A program made the position numbers and the translations under genes. DNA of 64,000 bases from the human T2T-CHM13v2.0 reference genome, Homo sapiens. The notes beneath the pieces were generated by a model. The model ran no database searches. It saw nothing but the letters and a program-made list of their open reading frames with translations, and was not told the DNA's origin. The stretch spans positions 26,848,001 to 26,912,000 of the forward strand of contig CP068257.2 of assembly GCA_009914755.4 (NCBI GenBank), in the 5' to 3' direction. Below, one piece after another: positions 39,401 through 54,319 of this stretch (its first letter is position 1; the number at the start of each line of letters is the position of its first letter).

Positions 39401-42400
39401 GTACTATATCTCTGCACAACTCTCAGAGATACTTCTTTGAACCTTTGAGATTTTAAATAGACTATTAGGGTTGACCACCCTGCTCTCAAACAATGTGTAA
39501 GGGTATTTACAATCTGTAACCCTGCTATAAGTCATAAATAAAATGGAGCTAGTGAAGAGAACTTTTTATCTGGGGTCATCAATAGGTGCTGAATTTAAGA
39601 AGACAGCAGCATTGTCCTCAGGCATAAAAGGCAAATAAAAACAAACGCACACATCCCATCATGCAGGAGTTTAAACACCACGTATAAGTATATTTCCATA
39701 TCTTAATTGATGAATTTATGATCTATTCTGTACAGATATTCTGATTTATACTAAATATAAGCCAGTTTAGCCCCCCCGAAGCAGCTCAATACATGCCTAA
39801 TTTTGTATCACACGCTGTAGAACCAAACTCCTTCTTTCTATTAAACTACTACTACAGGCGTCATTTATGTTGTTATCCTTGCCTAAAAAAATGCCCCCTA
39901 TTCTTTCCTTTACTTTCAAAGCTCAAGCTAAGTTGTACCTTCCTCTACCAAGATTTCCTTGATAAAATTCAATGAAATAAACTGTTTGCAAACATGGCCC
40001 TAATTCTCTACATCTCCCTGTATCCATACCCTTTCCAGGTGGCTTTAAAATTTCTCTCATCGAAAAGTAGAGTCTGTTTTCCTATTCTTTGAAACTTAGC
40101 CTACCTTGTGATTCACTTTGTCCAGTAAAATGTAATGCAAGTAACAGCATACTAGTTTTAAGCAAAGACCTCTCTCTCTTGCTCCTTTGTCTTCCTCACA
40201 AGAACGAGATCACAAGAGCAGTTGGAAGATGACAGACCACATGGAGCAGAGCCTTATCATCCAGGTTGAGGCCATTCTAGAACAGCAAACTCCAGCTGGC
40301 CTACCATTTGACTGAAGATGTGTGAATCAGCCAAACCAAGAGCATATATTTCTGGCCTAGGTGAAAATAACCAACTAGCCAAACTATAAACTTGTGAGAA
40401 ATAATAAATAATTTTTGTTTTAAACCACTAAGTTTTTGAATGGTTTGCTATGCAGCATTATTTTAGCAATAGATAACTGATTTGCTAATCCTCTAATTTC
40501 CCCAGAGAATGAACCATATATCTGCAATGAGTCCTAGACATTTTTCCTTCATTATATACTGTCTTAGGCTGTGAATTGGTGTTTCTGAACTACTTGAGAG
40601 ACTATAGTACACCTTAGCTTTCCTGTTTTTGGCTCAATAGATATCTAATTGGTACATGGAGCAATTGGGAAACTTAAATTTCTAGACATAGAAGGATTCT
40701 TCAAAATTACTAATTTCTTACCTGACATACATTTTCCCCTGAAATTACAATTTTAAGGAAATTTGTCTTTTAAGGAACGAATTTATCTTTCTTTTGCTTA
40801 TTTTTCCTCCAAGACTCAATCTCCATGAGTTCCAAGACTCAATGAGTATGCAGAATTTATAACCACACAACTACAGCTTGATCTGCCAGAAGAAAACATT
40901 TTCAATTTAATCGCTTTCTCATTTCTATCACTGAAATTCTAGAGCTCTGTAATCTACTGTCTCCATCATTTTTGTTATTAATATTATTTTGGAAACTGTT
41001 CAAAAAGAAAGCGAGTCACTTTGCCTGAAAGGCAATTGGCTCCTGCTCCAGGGTGGCCTCAAGATGCTACCTCTCAAGAACACTCTGTTCATTCCCTGAA
41101 AACTTGTGCCACGAGCAGCCAATGACAAAGATGCAAAGCTTGTCCTCCAGAACCTCACATTTCTTTTTCTGTCTGCCTTTACGCCTTTCTGGTCACTTAT
41201 CTCCCCAACATCCTAAAAAATTCAATGCCTTAAGCCTTTTTCTGAATAACAGAAGTCCCACAATGTGAAAACTATTCTCCCTTCAAAATGCTCCATGACC
41301 GAAAGGTGATTTGCCTTCTTCCCTGAGTCCTTACCAAAGTCATGATCCTTACCAAAGTGTCATTTATCTCACCTCGGTGTCTGGTAGAAGAATTTTATTA
41401 GAATTATTCATGTGAATAAGTGGTAGCTTAATAAACTAACTAGAACAATCATTTGCATAAAGAGGATGATTGTTAATAAAATTATAGCAGTGGTAATAAA
41501 CTATTTGTGGAAGGATCTGCTACCTGTTCACCAAATATCATTGTCTACTCTTCTTCCTGGGCACATTATTTCTCACCCAGGGTTACTCAGAAATTGCACG
41601 TTGAAGAATTTCCATTTACCAGGTTTCCTGAATTACTGCATGAGGAGGGACTGCTTTTCTAACCTGTTAACTGTTACGTGAACAACAGAGAAACTTTAGT
41701 TTTGTTTAAATTATAAAAATATTGGGGTTTATGGAAGCTAGAGTTACCCTGAATAATTCACTATACTTTATTCATAATGTGATTTATCCTTTTAAAGAAA
41801 CTTTTTATTCATTTATTCACAAGCAAATTTCACCAAAATTTTTCTATAAAAGGCCAGCTAGTAAATATTTTAGATATTGTAAGTCATATAGTCTCCGTTG
41901 TCACCACTCCACTCTGTCATTGTAATATGAAGCAAGCCATAGATGACACATAAAACAATGGTCATGGCTATGTTTCAATAAAACTTTATTTACCAAAAGA
42001 AGAGGGAGGTAGGCTGGATTTGGCCCATAGGTATATTTTGCTAACTCCTTTGATAGATGATAGGTAAGTAAAACTAGAACCATACCTTTATGATATTGGC
42101 TGGGGTCACTCCCACAACTGCATTCAACAGAGTATTTGATGGTGTCTGAAATTTTAAGATAGTTTCATTCTTACATCTGGTGCTTTATCCACTGTAACTG
42201 AAACATCTGGGGGCTCTCTGAGCTCAAACTTCTTCACATGGTGCTGGATCCCAAGAGTCAACCATGGGAGCTGCCAACCTGAAAACCTTAAAATATGTAG
42301 AAAATTTAAGTAGGGCAACACCTGTTTGGCCCCAGTGAAGAATGTATTGGAATGGAAGCTGAGAGTTTATGCTGTATCTCATCCAATGAAGAAGGACCTG

Positions 42401-44714
42401 AGGTCACCTGCAAGAAGGGTAAAAACATAAAGTCCCACATGGCACAAAAGACTTCCCCAGACACTATGCTCAGAGACTTGACCAAACTTTAGCTTGACTT
42501 CCTCCTGTCATGGGTGGAAGCCATGTCCCTAACAGTGACCCCAGCCTTGTACCGAATCTTCACCCAAGAACGTACAGCACTTCCAAATCATAAAAAATAC
42601 ATTGTTTCAACCCATCTTGCCAAACCATTCGCAGTAATTCTCCACCTACCCCTTTCTGTAGTTTTTCCACTTCCACATGGCTCCCTAGTCCATTTTTCCT
42701 TTTTTATTTCCCCGTAAGTCCTTTTTTGTGTCCTATCTGTTCTCCCCTTAAAAACCTCAGTTATCTTTGTCTTAGTTGGAGTTGAGCTCAGGGGCTCAGT
42801 CTATACTGGAGACTCTTTACTTACTGCAGTAAGTCTAATTAAATAGTCTTGCCACCTTTAACAAGAGCCCAGCACTGTTTTTCTCTAACAAGTGTAGACA
42901 GAAATAATTAGAAGAAACTGGAGAAGGGCTCCATTATTTTCAACAAATACATCAGCCATACTTTATTTCCCCTCCTGTAAGGGAGGTATCTGAAAGTAGA
43001 ATAATGTTTAGATTTGGTAATTGTATTAGTTACCTATTGCTACATAAAAGAAATCCCAAAACTTAGTGGCTTAAAATAGCAATGACTTTTTTAACGATTC
43101 TATAGATTGGCTGGGCTCATCTACATGATTTGTTTTCTCTTCCTGATATTCGCTACATGATATTGACTCCTAAAGCTGCATTCAACAGGATGCTTGATCA
43201 GGGCTGAGCTACTAAGATGGATTTATCTTCATATCTAGTGACTCATTCGGTGTGGCTAAAAGATCTGCGAGTCAATGGAACTCAAGCTTCTTTACATGGT
43301 GCTGGGTCCCAAGAGTTCAACAATGGAAGCTTCAAGGGTTCTTAAAATCTACCTCTGGAATCACATGTTTTTACTTTCTGTATATTCTACTAGTCAAATG
43401 AAGACACAGGGTCAGCCCAGATTCAGCAGGAAGGGAAGTAGACTCTTCCTCTTGAGAATGAAGTGGCATAGAGCTGCAGACATGGGAAGAATTGGCAGCC
43501 ATGTTTGCAGATCCTACTACAACAGTTCACATCCTGTTCACAAGTGTTATTGAATGGTCGTAGGAGAATTCTACATTCAAATTGAACAGGAAAAATGGAT
43601 TGAACCTAAGTTGGGAGTTTGTGGGGAGTCTCCAACAGGGAACAGCAAAGAGCAAGACTGCTGGGGGCAAACTTGAAATAGTTCACGTGCAAGAACATAG
43701 GATGGGTATAAGATGAGTAATGAAGTCTGTGAGGTGAAGGAAGAGCTGATAGACTTATATATTTATCCCATTTGATGAGATAAACCATCTCTTAAGTGCA
43801 GAAATATTTGATGATGGTTTCCTTTCCTCATCCTCTTTAATTATGTCACTGGATGCTGCTCTTAATACAAGGAACTGTGAGTTTCTAGTAGAATCATTTT
43901 GTCTTGCAAGCTTCTGCTTGAAAAAAAAATTAAGAAGATAAATTTCAGCACCTTCCTTTCAAATAAGCAACTGCACAAACTGTAATAACCGTTACAGATG
44001 GTTGTTTTACCTTCAGCATCTGCATTTCAAAACCATGAGGAAAATAAAATTATAACTTCTAGCAATTTTTGATAGGAAATTCAGTATTTTATAGAAGCAA
44101 ATCAATTGACCAAATCAATTGACTACATTTTATACACATCATGCAAGGTCAATGTAGTAAGCAAGGTTTACACATCTCAATGCAATATGCATATGGAATA
44201 ACATATAATGGAAGAAAAGTATACAAGATCAGCATGAGAGCCTTAACAGGCTCAAGGCAGTCTGGATCTCTCAAACCTTCTAAGGCTGAGAGACTCAGCA
44301 GTGAAAAGGTAAATATAAGAGGGTTACTTTCCAACACAAAACTAAAAGACATCCTTTATTTTCCCCCTTTATTTAAAGTGAGAGTGTATTGTGAAAGGGA
44401 AATAGACTGGAGGAAGAAAGAATAAGTGCACAGGAATTCCCAAGGAAAACCACTGGGAAATTTTTGACCGGTACACTGAAAAGTCTATTGCTGAATTTCA
44501 CATCCTTCTCTTTCCCTCCCAACTCCAGAACTCTCCTCACTACACAAGTAGTGGACCCTTCCTAATGTCATAAGGCTGCACTAGGTTTTTCTCAACTCGA
44601 AACAGAGAGATTGAAAAATTGACAGAATAGGGATAATGAAAGAGAGACGTATAATAGATAGATAAAAATAACTACTTTTATGTTGTCTAGTTTGGTCTTC
44701 TTTGCTAAGGAGAT

Positions 44715-45050
44715 TTTTTAAAAATAGACTTTATTTTTTGACATAAGTTTAACGTTCACAGAAAAGTTGGGAAGAAAGTATGGAGTTCCCGTATACCCTC
44801 TGCCCCACGTGCACAGCCTCCCCCACTGTCAGCATTCCACACCAGAGTGGTCCACTTGTCACATCATCATCACCACACTCCATAGTTTACATTAGGGCTC
44901 AGTCTTATTATAAATTCTACGGAGTTTCGCAAATGTATAACAAGATGTATCCACCATTATAGTAGCATATAGAACAGTTTCAATGCCCCTAAAAATCCTG
45001 CGTTCCACTTATTCATCCCTCCCTCTCCTATAACCCCTGGAAAATACTGA
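44715..45050 (-). mobile_element. Old interspersed repeat, probably an L1M-family 3'UTR fragment; a second copy is at 56040-56345
   Basis: ttttttgacataagtttaacgttcacagaaaagttgggaagaaagtatggagttcccgtataccctctgccccacgtgcacagcctcccccactgtcagcattccacaccagagtggtccacttgtcacatcatcatcaccacactccatagtttacattagggctc... This is alignable to 56042-56345. The family name is uncertain. Confidence 0.45.
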
Positions 45051-45858
45051 TTTTTAAAAAAATTTTGTGGGTACATAGGTGTATATATTTATGGGAGACA
45101 TGAGATGTTTTGATACAGACATGCAATGTGAAATAAGCACATCATGGAGAATGGGGTATCCATGCCCTCAATCATTTATCCTTTGAGTTATAGATAATCC
45201 AATTACACTCTTTATTTTAAAATATACAGTTATTATTGACTATAGTCACCCTGTTGTGCTACCAAACAGTAGGTCTGATTCATTCATTCCGACTACTTTT
45301 TGTACCCATTAACCATCCTGACCACCCCTCACTCACCCTGCCATTATCCTTCCTTTTCCAAAATGTCATATAGTTGGAATCATACAGTATGTAACATTTT
45401 CATATAGATTTCTTTCATTTAATAATATGCACTTAAATTGTCTCCATTTCTTTTCATGGTTTGTTAGCTCATTTCTGTTTAACACTGAATAATATTCCAT
45501 TGTGGATATACCACAGTTTGTTTATTCATTCTCCTACTGAAGGACATCTCGGTTGCATTCAAGTTTTAGCAATTATGAATAAAGTTGCTATAACCATCTA
45601 TGTGCAGATTTTTGTGTAGAATAAGATTTTTACATATTTGAGTAAGTACCAGGGAGTGATTGCTGGATTTTAAGATTATGTTAAGTTTTATAAGAAACTG
45701 TTAAGCTGTTTTCCAAATGGCAATACCTTTTCACATCCCACAAGCAATAAATGAGGGTTCCTGTTGTTCCTCAACCTCACCAGCATTTTGTATTATCAGT
45801 GTTTTGGATTTTAGCCATTAGGGATGTCTCTTTTTTTTAATTTACGATTCTCTAATGA

Positions 45859-46101
<243 letters not shown>

Positions 46102-47861
46102 TGAGTTTGTTCTTTGTATATTTTGGATAATACTCCTTTATCAGCCATGTCTTTTGCAAATATTTCTATCTGTGGCTTGCCTCTTCATTCTCTTGACATT
46201 GTCTTTCACACAGAAGAAAATTTTGATTTTAATAAGCTCCAGCCAATCAGTTATTTTGTTCATGGATCTTGTCTTTGCTGTGTATCTAAAAAGTCATCAC
46301 CACACCCAAGGTCATTTGGATATTCTCTTATATTATCTTCCTGGACTTTTATAGTTTTTTGTTTTACATTTAGGTCTGTCACTCATTTTTTGTTAAGTTT
46401 CATAAACAGTGCAGGGTCTGTGCCTAGATTCCTCTTTTTGCATGTAGATGTCCAGCTGTTCCAGCACCATTTGCTGAAAAGACTATTTTGGTTTCATTGA
46501 TTCCCTTTGTTCCTTTGTCGAAGACCAGTTGGCTATATTTATGTAGGTCTGTTTCTAGGCTCTCTATTCCATTCTATTAATCTATTTGTCTATTCTTTTG
46601 CTAATATCACACTGTTTTTATTACTGTAGCTTTATAGTAAGTTTTGAAGTTAGGTAGTGTCAGTCTTCTGACTTTATTCTTCTCTTTCAATATTGTGTTT
46701 GCCATTCTGGGTCTTTTGCCTCTCTATATATACTTTAGAATAATTTTGTCAATATCTAAAAAGTAACTTGCTGAGGTTTTCAGTGGCACTGCATTGAATC
46801 TATAGATCAAGTTGGGAAGAACTTACATCTTGAAAATATTGAGTATTCCTATCCACAAACATGGGCTATCTCTTCATTTATCTAGTTTTTCTTTGATTTT
46901 TTAATCAGAGCTCTGTAGTTTTCCTCATATAGATCTTGAACATATTTTGTTAAATTTATACTTAAAGTATTTCACTTTGGAGTGGCTAATAATGTAAATT
47001 TTGTTGTGTTTGTAATTTAATATCCACTTGTTCATTGCTGGAATATTAAGAAAGTGATTGGATTTTATATGTTAATCTGTGTCCTGCAACCTTGCTATAT
47101 ATATTTATTAGATCCAGATTTATGTCAATTTTTTCAGATTGTCTACATAGACAATTATGTCATCTGAGAACAAAGACAGTTTTATTTCTTCCTTCCTTAT
47201 TTGTATACCTTTTATATCATTTTTTAATCTTACTATATAAGTTAGGACTTCCAGTTAAGAGATTGAAAGGGAACATCCTTCTTTTGTTCCTGTTCTTAGT
47301 GGGAAAGTTTCTGTTTTTTCACCATTAAGTAAAGGCTAGCTGTAGAGTTTTTGTAGATATTATTTATCAAGTTAAGGAAGTTCCTTTTTCTATTCCTAGT
47401 TTGATGATTTTATCATTAATTGCTTTTGTATTTTGTCAAATGCTTTTCCTGCATCTATTGCTATGATTATGTGATTTTGGTTCTTTAGTCTGTTGATGTA
47501 CTAGAATATGTTAATTGATTTTCTAAACAAGCCTTGCATAGCAAGCCTTGCATAACTAGTATAAATCCCACATGGTTTTAGTGAATAATTCTTTGCTGTA
47601 ATGTGTAACTGGATATAATTTGTCAAGGAATTTTGCATCTATGTTAATGAGAGATATTGGTCTGTAGGTTTTTCCTTTCAATACAATGTCTTTGTCTGGC
47701 TTTGGTATTAGAGTGAAGCTGGACTCACAGAATGAATTAGGAAGTCTTCCCTCTGCTTCAATCTTCTGAAAGGGGTTGTAAAGAACTGGTATAATTTCTT
47801 GCTGAAATGTTTAGTAGAATTCCCCAGTGAATCCATCTGGGCCTGATGCTTTCTGTTTTGG

Positions 47862-48060
47862 AAGTGTGTTAGTCTGTTTTGCATAAAGGAATACTTGAGG
47901 CTGGGTAATTTATAAAGAAAATAATTTTATTTGGTTCATGGTTCTGTAGGTTGTGCAAGAAGCATAGCACCAGCATTTGCTGCTGGTGGGGCTTCAGGGA
48001 GCTTCCACTCATGGTGGAAGGCACAGAGGAAGCACACATGTCACACTGCATGAGAGGGAG
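47862..48060 (-). mobile_element. MaLR LTR fragment nested in the L1
   Basis: tgtgttagtctgttttgcataaaggaatacttgaggctgggtaatttataaagaaaataattttatttggttcatggttctgtaggttgtgcaagaagcatagcaccagcatttgctgctggtggggcttcagggagcttccactcatggtggaaggcacagaggaagcacacatgtcac. Confidence 0.7.
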
Positions 48061-49334
48061 CAAGAGAGATGGCGTGCTATACTATAGTGAATATGTATAG
48101 TAAATATGTATATTTACTAAATATATATGTTTAGTTCTATATATTTATACATATATTTATAAACATTATGTGGCATACCTTAAGTATACACAATAAAATT
48201 TATTTTTTAAAAAGATTATGTCTTTGCAGGAATTGGTCCATTTCATCTAGGTTATCAAATATGTATGGGCATAGAATTATCGCTGGTATTCTGTTTTCTT
48301 TTTTATGTCCATGGGATCTGTAATAATAATCCCTCTTTTCTAATATTAGTAATTTATGTTTTCTCTTATTTTTTTCTTAGCCTTGCTAGACATTCCTCAA
48401 TTTTATTGATTCTTTTTCAAAGAACCAGCTTTTAGTTTTCTTGATTTTTATTCATTGATTACCTGTTTTCAATTTTATTGATTTCTGCTCTAATTTTTAT
48501 TATTTTTGTATTTATTTTCTTCTGCTTACTTTGAATTTAATTTGCTCTTCTTTTTCTGTTCTGAAAGTGGAAGCTTAGATTATTGATCTTTGATCTTTCT
48601 TCTTTTCTAAAATATGTGTGCAATGCTATAAACTTCCCCATAATCACTGCTTTCACTGCATCTCACAAATTTTGATAAGCTGCATCTTCATTTTCATTTA
48701 GTTCAAGATATTTTAAAATTTCTCCTGAGACTTATTCTTTGATCCATGCATTATTTAGAAGTGTGTCGTTTAATTTCCAAGTATTTTGAGATTTTCCATA
48801 TATCTTTCTGTTATTAATTTCTAGATTAATTCCATTGTGTTCTGAGAGCATACATTGTATAATTTCTATTCCTTTAAATTTGTTGAAGTGTGGTTTATGG
48901 CTCAAACTGTGTTATATCTTTTGAATGTTCCATGTGAGCTTCAGAATAATGTGTATTCTGCAGTTGTTAGATAAAGTATTCTATAGATGTCATTTATAAC
49001 ATATCCAGTTGACTAGTGGTGGTGTTGAGTGCAAGTATGTCCTGATTATCTGTCACTGAGTCTGTTCATTTATGATAGAGGAGTATTGAAGTCTCCAACT
49101 ATATAGTGGATCCATCTATTTCTCATTTCAGTTCCATGTTTTTGTCTCAGATATTTTGACACTCTATTTTTAGGCATGTAAACATAAATAATTATTATGT
49201 CTTCTTGAAGAACTGACCCTCTTTATCCCTAATAAGTTTCCTTGCTTTGAAGTCAGCTCTGTCTTAGATTAACATAACTACTTTCTTTATTTTGACTAGG
49301 GGTATCTTTCTCCATCCCTTTACTTTTAGTCTGT

Positions 49335-50340
49335 ATATTAAAGTCTGTATTAGTCTGCTCAGCCTGCCATAACAAAATACCACAGGCTGGAGTTAGGCAT
49401 TCTGCTTTCCCCAGGTCAATTAGGTGCTGATAAAACACCAATGTGTTGGGCCCTGGAAAATAATTTCTCTTGAGGCCAGGTAGGTCTTGCAAGAACAGAA
49501 TCGTTGACATAAGCAAGTTTAACTATGACTTGATTTTATTTGCATTATTAATTAATTTGTCTGTTAGGCTGAACGTCCAAAGAACATTTTTTCAAGTTCA
49601 CTATCTTTACTAGGCTTTATCATGATGTTGGTATACCTGGGTTGTTTGGTTTCTTCATCAATTTCCCATTGTTATATAACAAGTTGCCACAAATTTAGCA
49701 ACTCGAAACAAGACAAATTTATTATCTTATGTCAATGAAAAGAGTCAAACTCTGTAAAATATTTGAATAGATTTATTCTTAGCCAAATATGAGTGTCCAT
49801 GGCCCATGACACAGCCCTGAGGAGGTCCTGAGAACATGTGCCCAGGGTGGTCGGGGTGCAGCTTGGTTTTGTATATTTTAGGGAGGCATGAGACATCAAT
49901 TGAATACATTTAGGAAGGCATGAGACAAAATTGAATAAATACATTCGTTTGGTTCACAAAGTCAGGATAACTAAAGCAGAGGTTTCCAGGCTATAGGTAA
50001 ATTTAAACATTTTCTGGTTGACAAGTGGTTGAGTTTATCTCAAGACCTGGGATCAATGGAAAGGAACATCCAGGTTAAGATAAAGGATTGTGGAGACCAA
50101 GTTTTATTGTGCAGAGGAAGCTCTCAGCAGACTTCAGAGAGAGAACAGGTTGTAAATGTTTCTTATCAGACCTAAAAGGGTGCCTGGCTCTTAGCTGATT
50201 ATCTCCTGGATCTGCAAAGAATGGAAGGAAAACAAAAGGGGGAGGGGATTCTTTATAGAATGTGGATTTTTCCCACAAGAGACTTCTCAGGGCAATTTCA
50301 AGGTATGGCAAGGAAATATATTTTGGGGTTAAATACTTTT
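49335..50340. mobile_element. Old interspersed repeat sequence(s), unclassified (MER/LTR-like), low confidence
   Basis: gtattagtctgctcagcctgccataacaaaataccacaggctgg... is a motif common to old mammalian repeats. The block at 49790-50340 (ccaaatatgagtgtccatggcccatgacacagccctgaggaggtcctgagaacatgtgcccagggtggtc...ggcaatttcaaggtatggcaaggaaatatattttggggttaaatac) looks LTR-like. Confidence 0.3.
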
Positions 50341-53025
50341 TCCTTGTTTCATAATGTTATGCCAGAGTCAGATTGAAAAGTAAGTCACGATATATAGGGT
50401 CAAATAAAACCCATCTAATGAGAACTGATGGTTTGTAGGGCATGAACTCCCTAGACCTCTTGGGTAAGAATTTGGCCAAGATAAAAAGTCAGAGCTTAAT
50501 CCTCACTACAGTATCTACGGGTCAGAAGTCTTGGCAGAAGTTAGCTGGATCCTGTGCTTATTAGGGTCTCACTAGGTTGAAATCAAGGAGTCAGAGGGGG
50601 CTACCATCTTTTCTGAGACTACTGGTCATCTTCCACATTCATGGGTTGTTGGCAGAATTCGATTGCTTACCTCTGTAGGACTAACACCTAGCTTTCTTGC
50701 TGGCTCTCTGCTGGAGGCCACTGTCAGCTCAGTTTTGAGAGACCACTAAGCCATTTCAGGCCAACAGAATAGCCTTGTTTTAAAAGACATTATAACTATG
50801 TGTCTTTCCTGAAAATATTGGTAGAGGTCATTCTTTTCATGCATTACTTGTTGAGTTATAAATTTAGTCTCTGCTTAATTTTTATAAAGGATTTTTAACA
50901 GCATTTTAAGAAAATATAGTATAAAAAATAGGATGAGAAAATTGAGGCAAGGAGAAAATAAGTACAGGTGAAATAATGCCCAAGGTGAACGTTATATCCC
51001 AAACTGCATAATATAAAATTCTACTATATAGCTGTCCTACATTTACAATCTAAGCATGCTATTAATAGTTAACAAAGCAGAGAAGGAAACTGACATTCCT
51101 TCAGAAAAGCTTTTTTCAAGCACAGAAACCTAATCGAAATTTCTTCCATGAATCCTCATGAAAAGGGCACCAAGTGGTAGAGTGAGCAACATTGCAACTG
51201 GCCTCCCTAAATAAATCCAAAGGCATAGTTCCAACACATAAACTCTATAAAAATATTTAATAATTGTATAAGAAAACAAAAATGTGGTTTAATTTGGCAT
51301 GATCTAGGCATGGAATTTAAAATACATTAAAAAACGCATAGACTACAAATTCTTTAGTAAGTTATCCATGAATAGCATTACTCAAACTGAGTTTTTGATA
51401 AAAATTACATGGCAAAGCATTTTAAGTTACATTCTCTGGCTAAAACCTGAAGGTTATACATGGCATGTAGGGAATAGCTAGAGGATTATCATGCTTTGAC
51501 AATCAAATAGGCCTGCAGGGATACTGACATCCCCTTATTAAAATGAGGAGCCTAACTAAGACTTGGGCTTGGATAGACTTTCATCCAATGACTGTATGGA
51601 GTTGATTCAAGGTAGTGACTTTGGGCAGAGCCAACATTTTACTCACTCCTGGGGCTGATGCAAATATGGGCAAATCAGTAAATGAAGGTCTAAATTCTCC
51701 ATGAAAGACTATGGCTGCAAGAATTTTCATATAGAAAATGTTATGAACAGGTGTTACAAATAACCAGAGCACCCATTTATAATGTTGGTGAAGTATCCAT
51801 AGAACAGTGACTATAAAATCCTGAAATTAAACTATGTTTGTCTTCTGATGATTCTTTACAGTAAATCAGAAAAGCATTGGTATAGATTTTTCTCCAGCCT
51901 ACTTAGAAGCCAAGGAATAGAAAAATTTGTTTAGTTACATTGGTCCAGAGTTTGAGATTGTCAAGGTGTCATGACAAATCTACCATAAATTTCATAAAAC
52001 CACCAAAAGGTATTAGATCTGGAGAACACAGCAGAGTTAAGAACTTGACAATTATGGTGAGGGTTGAAGGACAGGCAAAAAGGGAGCAAGATAATTTGAG
52101 TGATAAAAATAAAGGGTCCTTTTGTTAAAGTAGGAAATTTCTGGCTTTCAGTTTCCTAAGAGAATCAGATCCGGTGGTGAGAAATTTCAAGGTATAATCA
52201 CACACATGAATGGCTAATGTGAAATTAAGGAAAGTTTATAGAGTAGAAAAGCTTAGGAATGGTGAGTCTAGAGTTGCTGAGGACTCAATGTCCAACAGCC
52301 AAAATATACTCACCTACTTCAAAAGAACTATACTCTGAGCTTCAATTATTTGCTAGTTGTTATTTCCTATTTACTTATGTAAGTTACTTAGTTAAACTGG
52401 TTTGAAAACAATAGCCAGCAAATAAAGTGCAAATTGTTTCATAACTAATACACTTTGTCAAGCTAATTGAACTCTACGTGCTAAGGACTTTGGCATCAAC
52501 AATGATGACTAATAGCTGAAAAGGGAGATGAAGAAAAGTTAATGTGAGGGAAAATGAAAACTTGGATTTATAGTGTAGTCCAATTGACTAAAGTTTCAAA
52601 ATAATATTGACATACTGATAGTAAATGGAAAAAACGAATGGTGGAGAAAGCAGTCACGATTTCACAGAAAACCACTTCCAATAGAAATACCATTTTAGAT
52701 TGCTCATCTTCTAAATGAATGTTTAAAATGCAATTTTTAAGAGAAAGTTTTATTTCCATTGTGGTTACTAATGCATCTGAGTCACTTGTATATTCTTCTC
52801 CAGTGTGATGTAAAAAAGGCCAATGAAGAAATAAATCACTTTGATAAATACCTATGTTTAACAGAACATCTTAGGAAGGTCATCCTTAAAGACCACGTGT
52901 TAAGTTGGCTGAGTATCAATACAATGAGTATGCATTGATTCACAAGGAACTCATGTCCCTAGGGCTCCAGTTTCTAAGAGTGGTCCACAGTGGTAGCTTC
53001 AAGCTGAACTCTGAACGTGAAATGA

Positions 53026-53347
<322 letters not shown>

Positions 53348-53439
53348 TGAACTCTTTTTCTATTCTCGAAATTGTGAGATCCTCTGACAAATTCTGCTAA
53401 CAGTTCCAAGGTTTAAAACTGGGGAAGTTAGAGACATGT

Positions 53440-53700
53440 TATTATTATTTTTTTTAATTTCAACTTTTATTGTAGACACAGGGAGTACATGTGCAGGTTT
53501 GTTACATGGGTATATTGCACCCAGGTATTGAGCATAGTACTCAATGGGTAGTTTTTCAACCCACATCTCCCTTGCTCCCTCCCCTGTCTAGTGGTCCACA
53601 GTGCCTAATGTTCCCATGTGTATGTCCATGTATGCTCAATACCATAATCCTAAGTGAATTAATGCAGGAACAAAGACATGTTTTTGTTTTTGTTTGAATG
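53440..53700 (-). mobile_element. L1 (L1P-type) 3'-end fragment, reverse orientation
   Basis: tttattgtagacacagggagtacatgtgcaggtttgttacatgggtatattgcacccaggtattgagcatagtactcaatgggtagtttttcaacccacatctcccttgctccctcccc. Confidence 0.75.
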
Positions 53701-53770
53701 CTACATCTGGGGCTGGCTAGGATTGAGAAGACACTATGTCTTGCTGATATGTCAGTCGCAACTTCAGCCT

Positions 53771-53790
53771 CTTTTGTGTGTGTGTGTGTA
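53771..53790. repeat. (GT)n microsatellite
   Basis: ttttgtgtgtgtgtgtgtgta. Confidence 0.85.
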
Positions 53791-53799
53791 AAAAAGAAA

Positions 53800-54080
53800 T
53801 CTTTTTTATTTATTTATTTTCAAATTATAAATTCGTAGGGTACATATGCAGGCTTGTTACATGGGTGTATTGCATAATGCTGGGTTTAGGCTTCTAGAGA
53901 ACCCATCACCCAAATAGTGAACATAGTATCCAATAGGTAGTTTTTCAATTCTTGTCCCCCTTTCCACCCTCCCCACTTTTGGATTTCTCAGATCTATTTT
54001 TTCCATCTTTATAGCCACCAACATGAGTCTTTTGATGAAATAATGTTTGGCTGAGGTCCACAACTTAAAACAACATTCCA
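53800..54080 (-). mobile_element. Second L1 3'-end fragment, same orientation, ~100 bp downstream of the first
   Basis: tttatttatttattttcaaattataaattcgtagggtacatatgcaggcttgttacatgggtgtattgcataatgctgggtttaggcttctagagaacccatcacccaaatagtgaacatagtatccaataggtagtttttcaattcttgtccccctttccaccctcccc. Confidence 0.75.
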
Positions 54081-54319
54081 ATATAGATTCTCATGATCCC
54101 TGAAGAAGTGTGTCTGATGTGGCTAAACATCATCAAATGAGTAAGTCAACATAGTAAAAGAAAAGAACAGTTCTTTATCAGATTAAATGAGCGAAACAGC
54201 TAAATGTCAAGTGACAAAACATTGGGACTGACTGTATAAAATGCTAATAACATCTACCAAACAGTTTACATTGTGCTAAACAACTTATGCACATTATTTC
54301 TTTGATTCTTTTTAACACA

